From positions 5,208,001 to 5,272,000 of the forward strand of contig CATNEN010000039.1 in NCBI GenBank assembly GCA_950097015.1: a stretch of DNA of 64,000 bases, given 5' to 3'. Source of the stretch: Macrostomum hystrix (taxonomy: Eukaryota; Animalia; Platyhelminthes). The translations under genes were made by a program, and so were the position numbers. Each line of letters begins with the position of its first letter. Position 1 is the stretch's first letter. This document shows positions 1 to 12,467 of the stretch, piece after piece. Below the pieces are notes generated by a model. The model worked only from the letters and a program-made list of their open reading frames with translations. It was not told the DNA's origin and ran no database searches.

Positions 1-959
1 AATTTGACTGTCGAGCTCGTTCATCTGATCAAGCTTAGTTTTGAGCACTTCAAGAAGAGCCTCGGCATCTGCCACATTCTTAGAATCGAACCGCGAGCCG
101 CTTTCCAGAACTTTTTCGGCTTTGCGATAGCCTTCGTCACGTTAGAGCGAACAACACCGCGTCTGCGACTCAATTCCGAAAATTCTTCCTTCGACAACGG
201 CATGACCGACAGACTGACAACTGGAACGTTGGACCCAAGACTGGGAGATCTCGAAGGACAGAGCGCAAAAGAGGGACCCACAAAAGGTAAATAGCTCACA
301 AAAATACAAAGGGAACAGAGAGTGAGAGAAAACTAAAACTGTTTCGAGCTGCAGATAGAATTCAAAACGGACAAATTCAGGTAGAATTTCAACTTGCGAT
401 CGACACTGCCGATTGAGCTGATGTGCCCCTGGATCCAGAACTGCTAATCACACACGGCTGAGAAGTGAGGCTGTCGAAGTTGATCTCGCACGTCACAGGT
501 AACAGGCGTGTAAGCTTGCAGAGCAGCCGGCCGTCGAATGCGAAGGCCAAGTCCACGAAGAGCGCGAGCCGAGATAGAGAGAGAGAGAGAAGCCGTAGCA
601 GAAACGATGCCGTCGTGATGCAGTCAGTAGAGCTTTGATCAGGGCGAGATATTTTTCATCGGGCGCCATGTAACGATTTCTTATGCAACAAATTGAGTCC
701 TCGCAGTAAGAGCCCGTCCATACGGCCGAGAGCCAATTCAGGCCGAGAGTTAAAATATATTTAAGTTTGACAGAGCGATAAGGAAGGGGGGTTGGTAGGG
801 TAACATGTGCGCGGACTGGCCAGAGGTAAGAGATGAAACGCAGGGGAAGGAAAGAGAGACGAGGTGAGAGCCAATCAGAGCCGAGAGAGAAGATTAGGCT
901 AATAAATAAATTGAACAGGCAGGGGGAGAGAGGAACCAGGGAGAAGCTAATACAGCACA
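1..959 (-). mobile_element. 5' part of a decayed LTR retrotransposon, probably BEL/Pao: candidate 5' LTR, PBS, leader and frameshifted gag start (continues off the window)
   Basis: Minus strand: TG-starting segment (959) ending ...CGTTACA at 669, directly followed by TGGCGCCCGA (668-659), matching the first 10 nt of a tRNA-Lys PBS. ATG at 203 gives MPLSKEEFSELSRRRGVVRSNVTKAIA and, after a 1-nt shift near 122, AEKVLESGSRFDSKNVADAEALLEVLKTKLDQMNELDSQI, resembling the helical BEL/Pao Gag N-terminus. The outer LTR boundary (959 vs 805) is uncertain because no second LTR is visible. Confidence 0.6.
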
Positions 960-968
960 AATTTTCAG

Positions 969-1544
969 AGACTGCCGGAGCCCTGCTCTTCACCATCACC
1001 GCTCACTCTGGCAAGAACGCACTGCAGGAGTTCCGCAACACAAATGCGGACGACTCCCAGCCTCTGGGCTCCAGTCTGCCGCCTCCGTTCAGATCCAGCT
1101 TGCTCAACAATCTGCCCGGTGCGATCCGGGCCTACAAGTACACAAAGATTGTGGTCGAGATGCGCAAGGGCGACACTGTGGTTGCCAGCGCTACCTTCGG
1201 CGTGGCCACCGACAGCGCTAGTCTGAACTCCGAGAACTGGTTCACGCCGAACAGGCTGGTTAAGCCCTACCCCTAATGGATCGGCAAGGGTCGCTACCAG
1301 GCTTTCTCAATCACCGGAGACTCCTGGGGCACATTCCAGCGGAACTTCTAGATCCAGTTTGTGCACAAAGGCTGCGGCGGCGACATCGGCTTCATGGGCA
1401 TCGGCGACTCTCTCGCCGAGACATGCGGCTGGGCCAACCGAGGACTCCACGGCGCTCCGCCAGTGCTGTTCTACTCCACCAAGCTGCACGTGGCGTATGA
1501 GAACCACAACGTGCACTATGCCGACAGGTTCCTCATCTACTTTA
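969..1544 (+). pseudogene. Exon encoding an unnamed invertebrate extracellular-type domain, interrupted by two in-frame stops
   Basis: Acceptor ttttcag at 962-968, donor gtgagt at 1545, coding-like GC3. One frame reads ...FRSSLL...NWFTPNRLVKPYP*WIGKGRYQAFSITGDSWGTFQRNF*IQFVHKGCGGDIGFMGIGD...CGWA...PVLFYS...YADRFLIYF, with TAA at 1274-1276 and TAG at 1349-1351. This joins ORFs 833..1276 and 1361..1594. Confidence 0.7.
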
Positions 1545-3094
1545 GTGAGTGTCTGAGTCAAGTATATGTAAACTTCGCTGTCTTCTCATTTTAGTAAGCA
1601 TTTTCTTAACACCTTGGGCAAATAAATTCTTGCATTTTAGAGCACTGAGAAGTTGCTGGTTCGGAAATATCGGAAATCTGAACTATTTATAACCAGACTT
1701 TGTTGCGCTCTGCAATGCGGTTCAGACACATTTTGATGGTACATGCATTGTTTAGCTAAGGTTAAATTTGTGCGAACGTTAATGACGGTGGTCAAATCGT
1801 TTGGTGATGGGACATTTAATCAAATGGAAAAATATAATCTTTAAATTCTGGACACTTTATTTCCTCTTTTCGTCCATTAATTTGGCAACATCAAAATGTG
1901 CTCAAAGTCGTGTACATTATAATTATTTGCCTTGAAATTAAATAAGCTTTACATCATAAAAAGTCCAAAATGGCTCGCTCGATGTAACACACTACGCTCG
2001 TATAAGTGGAAATGAACCTCGCGCTGGCAGACCAAGACCGGTTTCTGGCTTGTTTGCCTTCTTCAGTCAGCCATAGCCACACGCAGTCCTCTCCCAGCAC
2101 TCTTAGTGTGCTCAGAAGTCTCTTTTAACCTTGCCGTTTTTATGGCGATATTTTATAAGTGTTATGTGACAGTTTTGCAGCCATGTCTTTGCTTTTCTAC
2201 TGTTGTCAGTAGTCTGAATTGTATCCGTCACACTCGATTATCACGATTGTGCGATTCAGCTGAAATAGTCAATCATAGTCAATCTAAGCGAATTGATTCG
2301 CGTACTTTTCTGATAGTCATAGCACAAGATGTTCTAATTTTCTTGCTCTCGAGAACCCTACTCTACTTAAATATGTATTTAAATACTTTCAACACTAGCA
2401 ACTGTGAAGTAATAAAATGCTGCCAATGAGCATGTACAATGCAGTGTAGAGCCACAATGCATTGTCGTTAGATTAACTTTTAGTCACTACCTAGAAGGGG
2501 AACTTTATGGCTGTAGTTCGAAATTCTATAATCCAGTTCTTTACTTTTTGCCTTGTATTTCACATCCACTGTTATTTTACTCGTAGCTAATTTTGTAGCT
2601 CGTGAGCTAAATATGAGCTATATTAGTTAGTTATGCTGTATAGCTTGAAATAATATCGGCAACTTTTCAATCTAGTACGTAAGTAAGCTGCACTCCTATC
2701 TAACCAGTGAGCAATGAGTAGCTTGCGCCGTACCCTCCTGATTCTAAAAAAGTCTAAAAGAAACCAGCTGTCTCAGCAAGATCCGTAAGCAACAGCCTCA
2801 TGGTCAACCTTGCAGTCCCGACAGAAACTGTGTCATCCTATTCTTTGAATTTCGACTAAATGAGTTTCAGCTTTATTGTCTACCCTAAGGGAGGCAAACC
2901 TTGCTGTCTTAATGACAAAATATACGAGTATAACAATTTTCGGCATACTGAGCACCAGTCTACCAGTCTCTGGCTAATTCAACCCTGCAAGGACGCAAAT
3001 GTTATTTTGCAAACAGCTAATACATATGTGAGTTTCGAAATGAGTTTTTTTGTAATGGCGCAATATGGCATTTACCTTGTAATTATAAACTTAA

Positions 3095-3323
3095 AATAAT
3101 AATAATTTTCAGGAGGGCTGAAGGCACTGGCACATCACTGGTGAAAGTAGACCGCCAAGGAGGCAATTATGCCAATCGCTGGAATGCATTCTGCACTGAC
3201 TCCTGAGTACACAAGCACATACGAGGTGTGTACATCTGCCCTGAATTTCTCTTCTTCAGGCCGTGTAGTATCACTTGTGCCTTAGAGGTTGGCCCTCAAA
3301 GGTGTAAATTGTACGAAAACCCT
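3095..3323 (-). mobile_element. tRNA-derived SINE family 1, 5'-truncated copy
   Basis: Shares the body and (ATT)n tail (aataatttt-caggagggctg...gtgtgtacatctgccctga...ggttggccctc) with the copies at 10231, 25862 and 56357. Confidence 0.75.
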
Positions 3324-6300
3324 CATGAGAGGTTAGAATATTGATGGATGAGTCAAAGTAAATTTGAATTGGTTTTAGGGTAGAGAAATAGGCACTGGTG
3401 TGGTTTAAGTAGTGGGTCAGAGACAAAAGGAAGGGGAGGGCTTCGCGGCGAGCGGCAGAGAGAGCGACGATGAGGCGATGGCAAGCGACGACAGGCGACG
3501 GGTCGACTAACTAGCTCGACGACGAACAACGCAGCAAAAGAAGACTAAAGTTTGATTTAATTTTCTCCTTCTAATGGGGCACCAAGCCAAGCCACGTGTG
3601 ACACGATAAGAGATTAACTCAAGTAGGCTGAGCTCGAAGCTGGGAGATCAGAAAACATTTGTGTTATCTTTTAAAAAAGCAAAACACGCCTATCCGAAAG
3701 TATATAAACTGCGGTATTGTGAACAATATTTGAACTATTCTTAAAGCATCGTCAGTCGGAAGTACAGTCGGTAGCAAGTTGCTGAAGCGCTATAGAAGTA
3801 AAAGCCCGAAAAATAACTTATATTGATAAACATTTGCTTTGCACTCTACTACTCACTTTTAATGATACTTTTAGTAAGTGACAAGTACTACTTAATTAGT
3901 AGTCCTTTGTTAGCGATTCTTTTTAAGTTGATACACCTCGTGACTGAAAATAATTTCGGAGTAAAGCGTGCCGTGATTTGCCCAGCTAAGCCAGTCGAAG
4001 ATTTTGCCTTCCTCTTTTACCCGAGAATGAGCTTGTACACGCACACAAGGTAACGCGAGGTAAGCTTACATCACGGCAGGGCCTTCGAGCGATGAAAATT
4101 TCATAATTAAAGGCCCTTATCGCACACTCAAAATAAGTTATACTACTGATTCGAGCAATGATCTCGTTACGAGAGAGTCTGTCTCATCACCGCTCCCGTC
4201 GTTACCTCTGCGACCTCCATTTTCCTTCTTGACTTTTTATCTATTCATTAAATCAATTAAAGTAGCAAAATAACTATTCTTTAACACGCTGCTGCAAAGT
4301 ACCTTCACAATTTTCGAGTACAGGCTGTATCCGCGAAACACCAACGCACCATTGGTTTCGCATCCTCAGTAGATACAATTACCGACTTAGCCAATCACTT
4401 ACGTAATTATGTAATTCAGAGCTTCAACATTAAGTACGTTCGTATTAAGTAGGCTACGTTCCCATCAACAACAAAAGTAAGTCGTCATGCCTTTTGTCTC
4501 AGAAAGCACCGGCCATTTTTTAAATATCACTGTCGTTAGTGATCCACATTCACAAGTCGCTTAACCTCATTCGAAATCGCCGCACTGACTATCAAGTAGC
4601 TAGCCTATCAATAGACCTAGGCGCTAATCGATTTGTAGGGCCTACACAACGCACTTCAGTTATCAGCTCTTAGCTAAATTTAGGAAACGATAATTCATTT
4701 ACGGCCTACAAATTTATTATCTCTTTATACTAATTTGGGCCTAGTAAAATCTATTCAGATATTTACAAATTTAGAGCTCTAGTCTGAGCATTTTTTCATG
4801 GAATGGAAAGTAGGCCTTAGGGCCTAGGCCCTAATAAGAAAATACAAATGTTGTAGTGCGTCTTCTCTAATTGCACTTTCTTAATAATTCAAACTCTCCT
4901 CATACTGTAAGTAGTTGGCCTAAACTTCTGATTTATTGCCTTCAGTCACTTAAAGTGACATATACATTATACCACACCCCTGCTCGGGTGGACTGATACA
5001 AACTTCGGATAGCGTGGCTCTTTGTCACGATATTTCTGGCCTTCTGCCAGTAATATTCTAGATATTAAACCTAGTTAGTTCTGGAGACAATGCTCTCAGG
5101 TAATTCAGACAAGTTTTGTCAGGTAATTCAGGCTCTCTGGCCAGTCTGTACTCGGGCTTCCCCGGATCGGCTTTAACAGCTTCCACTTACTTTTAGAAAT
5201 AAGTAGGGCTTTGTAAGATTGCTCACGAGGAGAATTTGAACTGTTTCTAATAATGGCATGAAACGGTTAGATGTCTTCAGACTTCAGTCATTTCTGTCCC
5301 TATTTATAGTAATTTTCCCAAATACGCTGGGTGTATACACAGTATATTTTTACATTTTAAACAAAATAGAAAATAAGTCAAATATTACTAGCATTCATAC
5401 AGTATATTCTTAGCGTGAATTTAAATTGGCTCACAACACAAATATGTACCAGGTTTGTATGTACACATATATGTATGAAACACTTGAAGTATAAATTGTG
5501 ACAGACAGACAGAAGAGTCTGTCCATCACAATATCCACAGAGCTGTAGGCCGTAAACAAAATTGGTTCCTTGTAAAATATTATAGGCCTACAAGATTTTA
5601 TTATTGTAGGCCTACCATTTATGCTCTTTATGGCCAACCTCTAAGCAAGGCTCAGGCACAGCAAGTATAGGCCTAGCCTAGGCCTACACAGAAAGTCTGG
5701 GTAGATCTACCTCCCTATCTGTGAGTATGTGTCTATGTATGGCAGTATATCTGCATTTTTAAGCATGTTTATGTGTAAGGCCTCTTGAAGGTTCTAGGAA
5801 TATGAACAAAATGAGTAAGCCTAACATTAGGCCTACATCTTGCTGTACCAGCTAGGGCTGGCTCCCTGGCTATGGTATGGGTCTTATTAGGCCTACGGTT
5901 GTACATCTAGGGTGAGGGTGACAGACTGATAGTGACAGGGTCTACTGTCACCAATTTTTTCTATAGGTAGGGGCCTAGGCCTAATGTATCATCAACCAAA
6001 CAGTGTATCTTCAAAACCAAACAAGAATTTTGACTCCTTCCTTGGTCTCATGCAAGACAGAAACAAGCTATTATGTTACACAGAACAGAACAACTAATTT
6101 AAAAGTCAAAGAAATTATCTACCAGCTAAGGCATGACATGCAATGAAGCATTAAGAGGAAAGAAAGATATGGATGTTTCATTAGAAATTTTTATCACAAA
6201 AGCATACTTTTTAGCAACATTTTTTCAGCATGTACTTTATTTGACTAAGATTGAATGCAGTTGCTTTCCAATTAAATTACCATAAATGTAGTTATTTATC

Positions 6301-7718
6301 GAGCATGAAAAATGCTTTCAAATGGCATAATTCATGATAGTTCACTCCTTAAAATAAGAATAAACCACTCACTGAAATTGTAAAATTGAACAACAACTTC
6401 TCTGTTTTGTTTGAAGATACATGAAAATCATCGCTTGGTTTTAGATGAAGAACACAAATAACTTTTTTTCTATTTGACAAAATAGCAAAAGCAGATAATT
6501 TTTTTAAAGATACAACTGTTTTCTATATCTAGGCTTTTGATTTATCATCATATCTTGAATAGAAAATCTGTAGCTTAGGTTCAAAGTAAAAAATACACAT
6601 TCTTGTTCAGTTGATAATACATTACCCTACCCCATACTAGCCATAGCCTTTCTACCAATACCAATATTATTTTAGGATAATAAAAAATCCTAATATTAAT
6701 AACTATCTAGCTAATGCCCTAGCCTAAAATCACATTAATTAGCTAGCTAGCTTTTTCATTTCATTTTGAAGTCCTATTTTTTAACCAATAGCTTGAAACA
6801 ATCACAGTTTTTTATTTCCTGTTTACATAACTCTAAAAGTAAATAATTTTAACTAGCAAGTAGCACCCATTATATACTATATAGAAATATGTTTTAGTTG
6901 TCTTTTCTCATCATCATTGACTTTATACATTGTGCTAAATGAAATTATCTTCATTAAACTAAGCCCTAGATAATTCCGGCATAGCTAAGCTATAGATAAT
7001 AGTTTTTTGTAATTGTAACTAGGCCCTACTCTCCCTTTGGAATAAGTTTAAAAAACCACTAGACATGTGACAAAAAAATGCAATGCAACACAGAATATGT
7101 TAACCTTGGTGTCAACCCCAAAATTTTATAAGTGCAGTTGTTGAACCACACTGCATTTTGACATTACTGGACATTTCTGGAAGACCAGAAAATTCAGAAA
7201 ATTTGACAGTCAGTTAGACACAAATTGCACAATTTTTCTACACAAAGGGCCAACTCTTGAATATTTTCTGAATAAAAAAGTTATATTTGGCATAGCCAAA
7301 GTATCCTTTTAGTAAGACTTTTTAATGTTAAAAAGGCAGTTGGTTGTTTGATGGTGATTGTTGGTTTTTCTTGTTGATAAAAATATTTTTTAAGGTACAT
7401 TAGTAACCCCACTAGTAGACTGTACCTAGCCCTGTTATTTTTATTCCTAAACTTTTAGCAATTAATTTTTTGCTATATTGTATAGGACAGTAAAGAGTAC
7501 AATATATTTGTTTGTTATTATATAAAACACAACTTAAATAGTGCTGCACAACTTAAGTACAAATTAAATAGCTAACACACACAATACATTAGTATCAAGA
7601 TAGAAATATACAAAGTTCAACTGTTAACAGTCAACTTTTTATTGTCAACCAGCTTTGGATATCTAGAACTGAAGGTAAGAATAGATAAAAGCTAAATCTG
7701 TAAAAACTACTTGCAGCT

Positions 7719-10700
7719 ATGCAAGTAAAAGATATGCTAGACTCTGATAGCACCGCTGCCTGCACATTGTGGGGCCATCGCCGATCAAATCGCATTGCAA
7801 ATCAGCAGCACCAGCAAATACTTCAACTGCAATCTGATCACGAAGAAGAACCGCCAAAAGAGCAGACACCAAGGCAGAAGCAGAGACGTCGCAAACAGGG
7901 CAGACCATTGATTTCTGTCTCAGCTGCCTCTGCCAGCAATGTTGGTGCAAGCAACAATGCCCCGATAGCGCCATGCCTGACAAATGCTGCTGCTGTCATG
8001 TCAGCAAATGACACACGCCAATCACTATTGCTGCACATGCTAATTTGTTTTGACTGTCGCTATGCTACACTAAGCCTTACCGCCTACACTGAACACATGA
8101 GCAGTAGGCACGACCTGATGCCAGCTCAGGTGAAAATCTACTGCTGCCCTCACTGCCGCTTCCTGGCTAGCGAGTACAATATTCTCACAGAGCATCTGAC
8201 ACTTGCCGCACATGGCGGTTCTGCGGTATCTGATGCCTCTGGTGAGTCTACAGCTGTACCATTTCAGCTGTTCCCATTTCCCAGGTACCATTTCAACCTA
8301 TTCACCTGATTCTATCCGCCCTGCTCACCACCCGCCCACCAATTTCTATCTGGTCACCCGCTCCCACCTGTTCACACATAAATTCTATCTGTTCACCCAT
8401 CTCCACCCGTTCACCCATATCTATATAGTCACCCATCTCCATCCGTTCACCCATATCTATATAGTCACCCATCTCCACCTGTTCAGACAATTTCTATCTG
8501 GTCACCAGTTCCCACCTGTTCACACATTTCTATCTGTTCACCCATCTCCATCCGTTCACCCATATCTATATAGTCACCCATCTCCATCCGTTCACCCATA
8601 TCTATATAGTCACCCATCTCCACCTGTTCAGACAATTTCTATCTGGTCACCAGTTCCCACCTGTTCACACATTTCTATCTGGTCACCCGCTCCCACCTGT
8701 TCACACATTTCTATCTGGTCACCAGTTCCTACCTGTTCACACAATTCTATCTGGTCACCAGTTCCCACCTGTTCACACATTTCTATCTGGTCACCAGTTC
8801 CTACCTGTTCACACAATTCTATCTGGTCACCAGTTCCTACCTGTTCACACAATTCTATCTGGTCACCAGTTCCCACCTGTTTACACATTTCTATCTGGTC
8901 ACCCGCTCCCACCTGTTCACACATTTCTATCTGGTCACCAGTTCCTACCTGTTCACACAATTCTATCTGGTCACCCATCTCCACCCGTTCACCCATTTAT
9001 ATATGGCCAACAATCCCTACCCGTTCACCCATTTTCATCTGCCGAATGTTTCACCCACCGTGTAGGGGCTGCACGCGGCCTAGCTGAGCGGTCGGAAGCC
9101 CTGGCAACTCCGCTGTTGGCATCGGACGCAACCGCCGCCGACGCTAACGCCGAAGCACTGCCTAGTACTGTGCCGCACTCGACTGGTCTTCGGCACCCCT
9201 GCGACAGTTGCGGCAAACGCTTCCGCCTGCGCTATCAGCTGACAAGACACCGCCATCAGCATCACCAGCAGCAGCAGCAGCAGCTGCCTAGCTCAGGCTT
9301 CGATGACGTGGCGAAGCAGCTGAAGCCGGCGGCGACTCGCAAAAGAAAAGATTCAACAGGCGCTGCGGCCACTTCGCGATTGTCGCTGAAGCTGGCCTGC
9401 CGGCTGTGCTGCAAGCTTTTCAAATCCAGCCGCTCCTACCAACTGCACCGGCTGGCTTTTCACGCCTCGGAGTCGTCGGCTCCTTCGGCCACCGATGCCG
9501 CCGCGTCCACTACGGCAAGCTGTGTTCTGGATAGCGTCGGAGCTCGCGTCGGCTCCGACTGTCTCATTGTGTCGGATCCGGAACCGTTTAAGTGTCTCTA
9601 TTGCGATTTGAAGTAAGCAGTTAGTCTACAATTCTTTCGTTTGATTAATTTTCGTTAGAACACCGAATCTGGGATTGTTTTTGTTTTAACCACAAACTGG
9701 GATTTTTCTTACAAAATCTAGGATTTTTCATAAAAAAATCTTGCATTTTCTTTAAAAAACCTGGGCTTTTCTTAAAAAATCTGGGATTTTTTTGTTTCCA
9801 AAATAATTTCAGATTTTCTTTGAAATCCTAGTCTAAAATAGTTTTTTTCTATTTAATCGCCTTTAACATCTGGGATTATTTTTTGTTTAAATCTTAAACA
9901 GGGATCTTTCTTTGAATTGGTCAACGCTGTCATACTGGATGCTTGTATTCCTGCTGAGGATTTGACTGTTGAGATAATATTTAGCCAGTATTCCGAATTC
10001 TCAGATTCGCCAAGAAGACTGCCTTCGCCAAGCACCTGGCCCGCGACCATCCGGCGGAGCGGCCTTACCAGTGCGACCAGTGCGGCCGCGGCTTCAAGTT
10101 TCCCCACTCGCTGGCCATGCATCAGAGATTCCACTTAGGCGAGCTGACCTGCGGCCAGTGCGGCAAATTGTTTCACAGCGATCGGGAGTTTCGGGAGCAC
10201 ATGGCCTCTGTGAGTTGGGGATTATAGTACAATAATAATAATTGCAGGAGGGCTGCCCTGACTTTCTCATCCTCAGGCAGTGTACACTCTCACTGTGCCT
10301 TGGAGGTTAGCCCTGAAGGGTGTAAACTGCACGAAAAGTCCCTACGACTTGTGACCTCGCCACGAAATCGAACTTAGTGCGAGAAGCAAACGCGTTAACC
10401 GCTCTGCCACCGACCCCCCTCTCTCTAAGATTATTCTCACCTTGTCAAACCTATAAAAGGTGCACGAAGGCAGCCTGACCTTTCTCTGCGAGTCCTGCGG
10501 CCGAACCTTTCCAACGCAGTACCGTCTGAACCGGCACTCGCGCAGTCACAATCGGGCGCGTCAGTTGGCCTGCCCAGAGTGCGGCCGCCTGTTTCACCGG
10601 GCCGACAAGCTCAAGCTGCACCTAGACTGTGTGCACTCCGATCTGCGGCCTCACCTGTGCCACCTGTGCGGCCGTGCCTACAATCGGCGGGACAAACTCG

Positions 10701-10971
10701 CTCTGCACATCAAGCAGCATCAGCGTCAGCCTGGCGACGGAGCCGGCGGCCGGCGACGTCAGCGTCGTCCGCAACAGCCGGTGGCTGTCGCTTTGGACGC
10801 GGCTCCTCCAGCTCAGCAGCTGCCGATGCCGCCGCAGCCGCCGCATTCTCCACTTGGCGACGCTCTGATTAGCATTGCTAACGGCTGCCTGGAAGTCATG
10901 CCTGACGCCCTTCAGCAACAGCAGCAGCCTCAGGACATTTTCTTTGAGTCATTCGACCATTCCCAGTTGCA

Positions 10972-11003
<32 letters not shown>

Positions 11004-11068
11004 TCAACTTGTACTCACCCGTCAACGGGGCTTTCTTTGGCGCCAATGACGGCAACCTTTTGCAGTGA
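7719..11068 (+). CDS. Multi-C2H2 zinc-finger transcription factor with Q-rich C-terminus
   Basis: Exons 7719-8241, 9066-9612, 10005-10209, 10460-11068 with GT-AG junctions and consistent phases (1,2,0). About 11 CxxC...HxxxH fingers (e.g. YQCDQCGRGFKFPHSLAMHQRFH, LACPECGRLFHRADKLKLHLDCVH). An acceptor ttgcag lies 2 nt before the ATG, so an upstream exon or trans-splicing is possible. Confidence 0.88.
8342..9030. repeat. 36-bp minisatellite filling intron 1 of the zinc-finger gene
   Basis: Unit TCTATCTGGTCACCAGTTCCCACCTGTTCACACATT and variants, about 19 copies; explains the repetitive ORFs 8203..9087 and 8628..8996. Confidence 0.95.
10231..10418 (-). mobile_element. SINE family 1, internally deleted intronic copy
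   Basis: tRNA-like head (minus strand GGGGGTCGGTGGCAGAGCGGTTAACGCGTTTG) and (ATT)n tail; the middle-to-3' part is deleted across a short CTG microhomology. Confidence 0.8.
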
Positions 11069-12467
11069 TCTCTTGTTCTTGTGGACAAAGAACTGCATTG
11101 GCTCATTGTACGCCTAATTAGCTGCTCTGTGATAAGACTAGACAGTGATTGTTAAGCAAGTCAGTGCTGTTTAGACCTTTAAAAAATTACACTGGTTCTT
11201 TGCATTTCGGCTATTAATTGTTGCAATTAATAGCAACTATTCGCTCTAGATATGATGAATTCTTATCAGTATTTAAATCGCTACTTTTATCAGTATCGTC
11301 TAGTGAATATCAATGAAATTGTTGTGCGTAGTAATACATAACTGTGAGTTGTGTTCTCAGAATTGACAGTGCTTATACGATATGGAAAAATCATTTCGTG
11401 TTCCAGTCTTTTTTATTATGTTCGAGTGCAGTTCAATTACAGTGCCAGGAAGGCATAATTGCTATCAATGGGGCACTGTGACATTCATTACATGACGCTT
11501 TCGAATTAAAAAACTCGCGAGGGCGCTCCTGAATAAGCATTTACGTACGTACGCATGGATGCGGATTTCACCGAATTACCAATTTACTAACTCCAGCACT
11601 AGCACTTGTCTTCAGTTTTCACATCTTGAGATGAGAATAAGTAGTTTGAGTTTCACTTAACAATGGCCTACGTCTATTAACATAAGAATAAGCCATAACA
11701 AGGAAGAAATATAAAATATTATTTTTAATTGTTATAAGCATAAGATTTTCATTTTTATAGATTATTAAGAGCTTATTAATTTAAAAACAAATTCTGTTTA
11801 CATCATTTGTTCATATCGCTAATGTTGTACTAGTGGGTCACTACTATAAATGTGTGGGTTCGACGAACAATACAACGACGATATAGTAACAGAGAACCCG
11901 TTCTTCCAGTGTCGCTGGGACCACTGCTGGGTTTCTGGGCATTAACAACAAATATGTTCTTGATAAAAATGCTAAAAATAGTTACTTATTTTCTTGTTTC
12001 AGAATCACTTTTAAAATTCGATGCGAAAATGGGGTCTGAAAAAATTATTAAAGCTTTAAACTCACTTCTATGCGTTTGTTTTAATTTTCAAATCCAGTAA
12101 GCCCAGACCCTAATAGAAATATGTTTTTGAGGGATAAAAATAATTCACAAAAATATTGTTACCCGTAAAACAAATTCCTTTTTATTCAGCTTCAGTGGTT
12201 CGCAAAACGAAAGCAGACATAATAGTTGCATATTTCCTGGGTTTTTACGTCTCTTAATTAACATTTTAACGACAAAATGTTTGTATTTTACCACTCGCTT
12301 TGTAACCAATACGGGAATGCCAGGCGGTAACACGCTTCGTTCTTTAATTTAAAAAGCATAGTTTCTTCGACACCGAGTGCTAATAATTATATTCATTGAC
12401 AAATTCAGTGCTTGTCTGACAGTACTATTCGTTTTTAGCAGAAAACTTTGGCAACTATTCACTAAAA

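Noticed and set aside
1274-1351. Possible alternative genetic code (TAA/TAG read as Tyr)
   Set aside because: TAG ends calreticulin directly after KDEL and TAA ends the G-beta gene, so the standard code applies.
3326-3621. Purine-rich TG...CA segment that might be a solo LTR truncating the SINE
   Set aside because: No target-site duplication and no second copy in the window.
8203-9087. 294-aa repetitive ORF
   Set aside because: Product of a 36-bp minisatellite in an intron bounded by phase-compatible splice sites.
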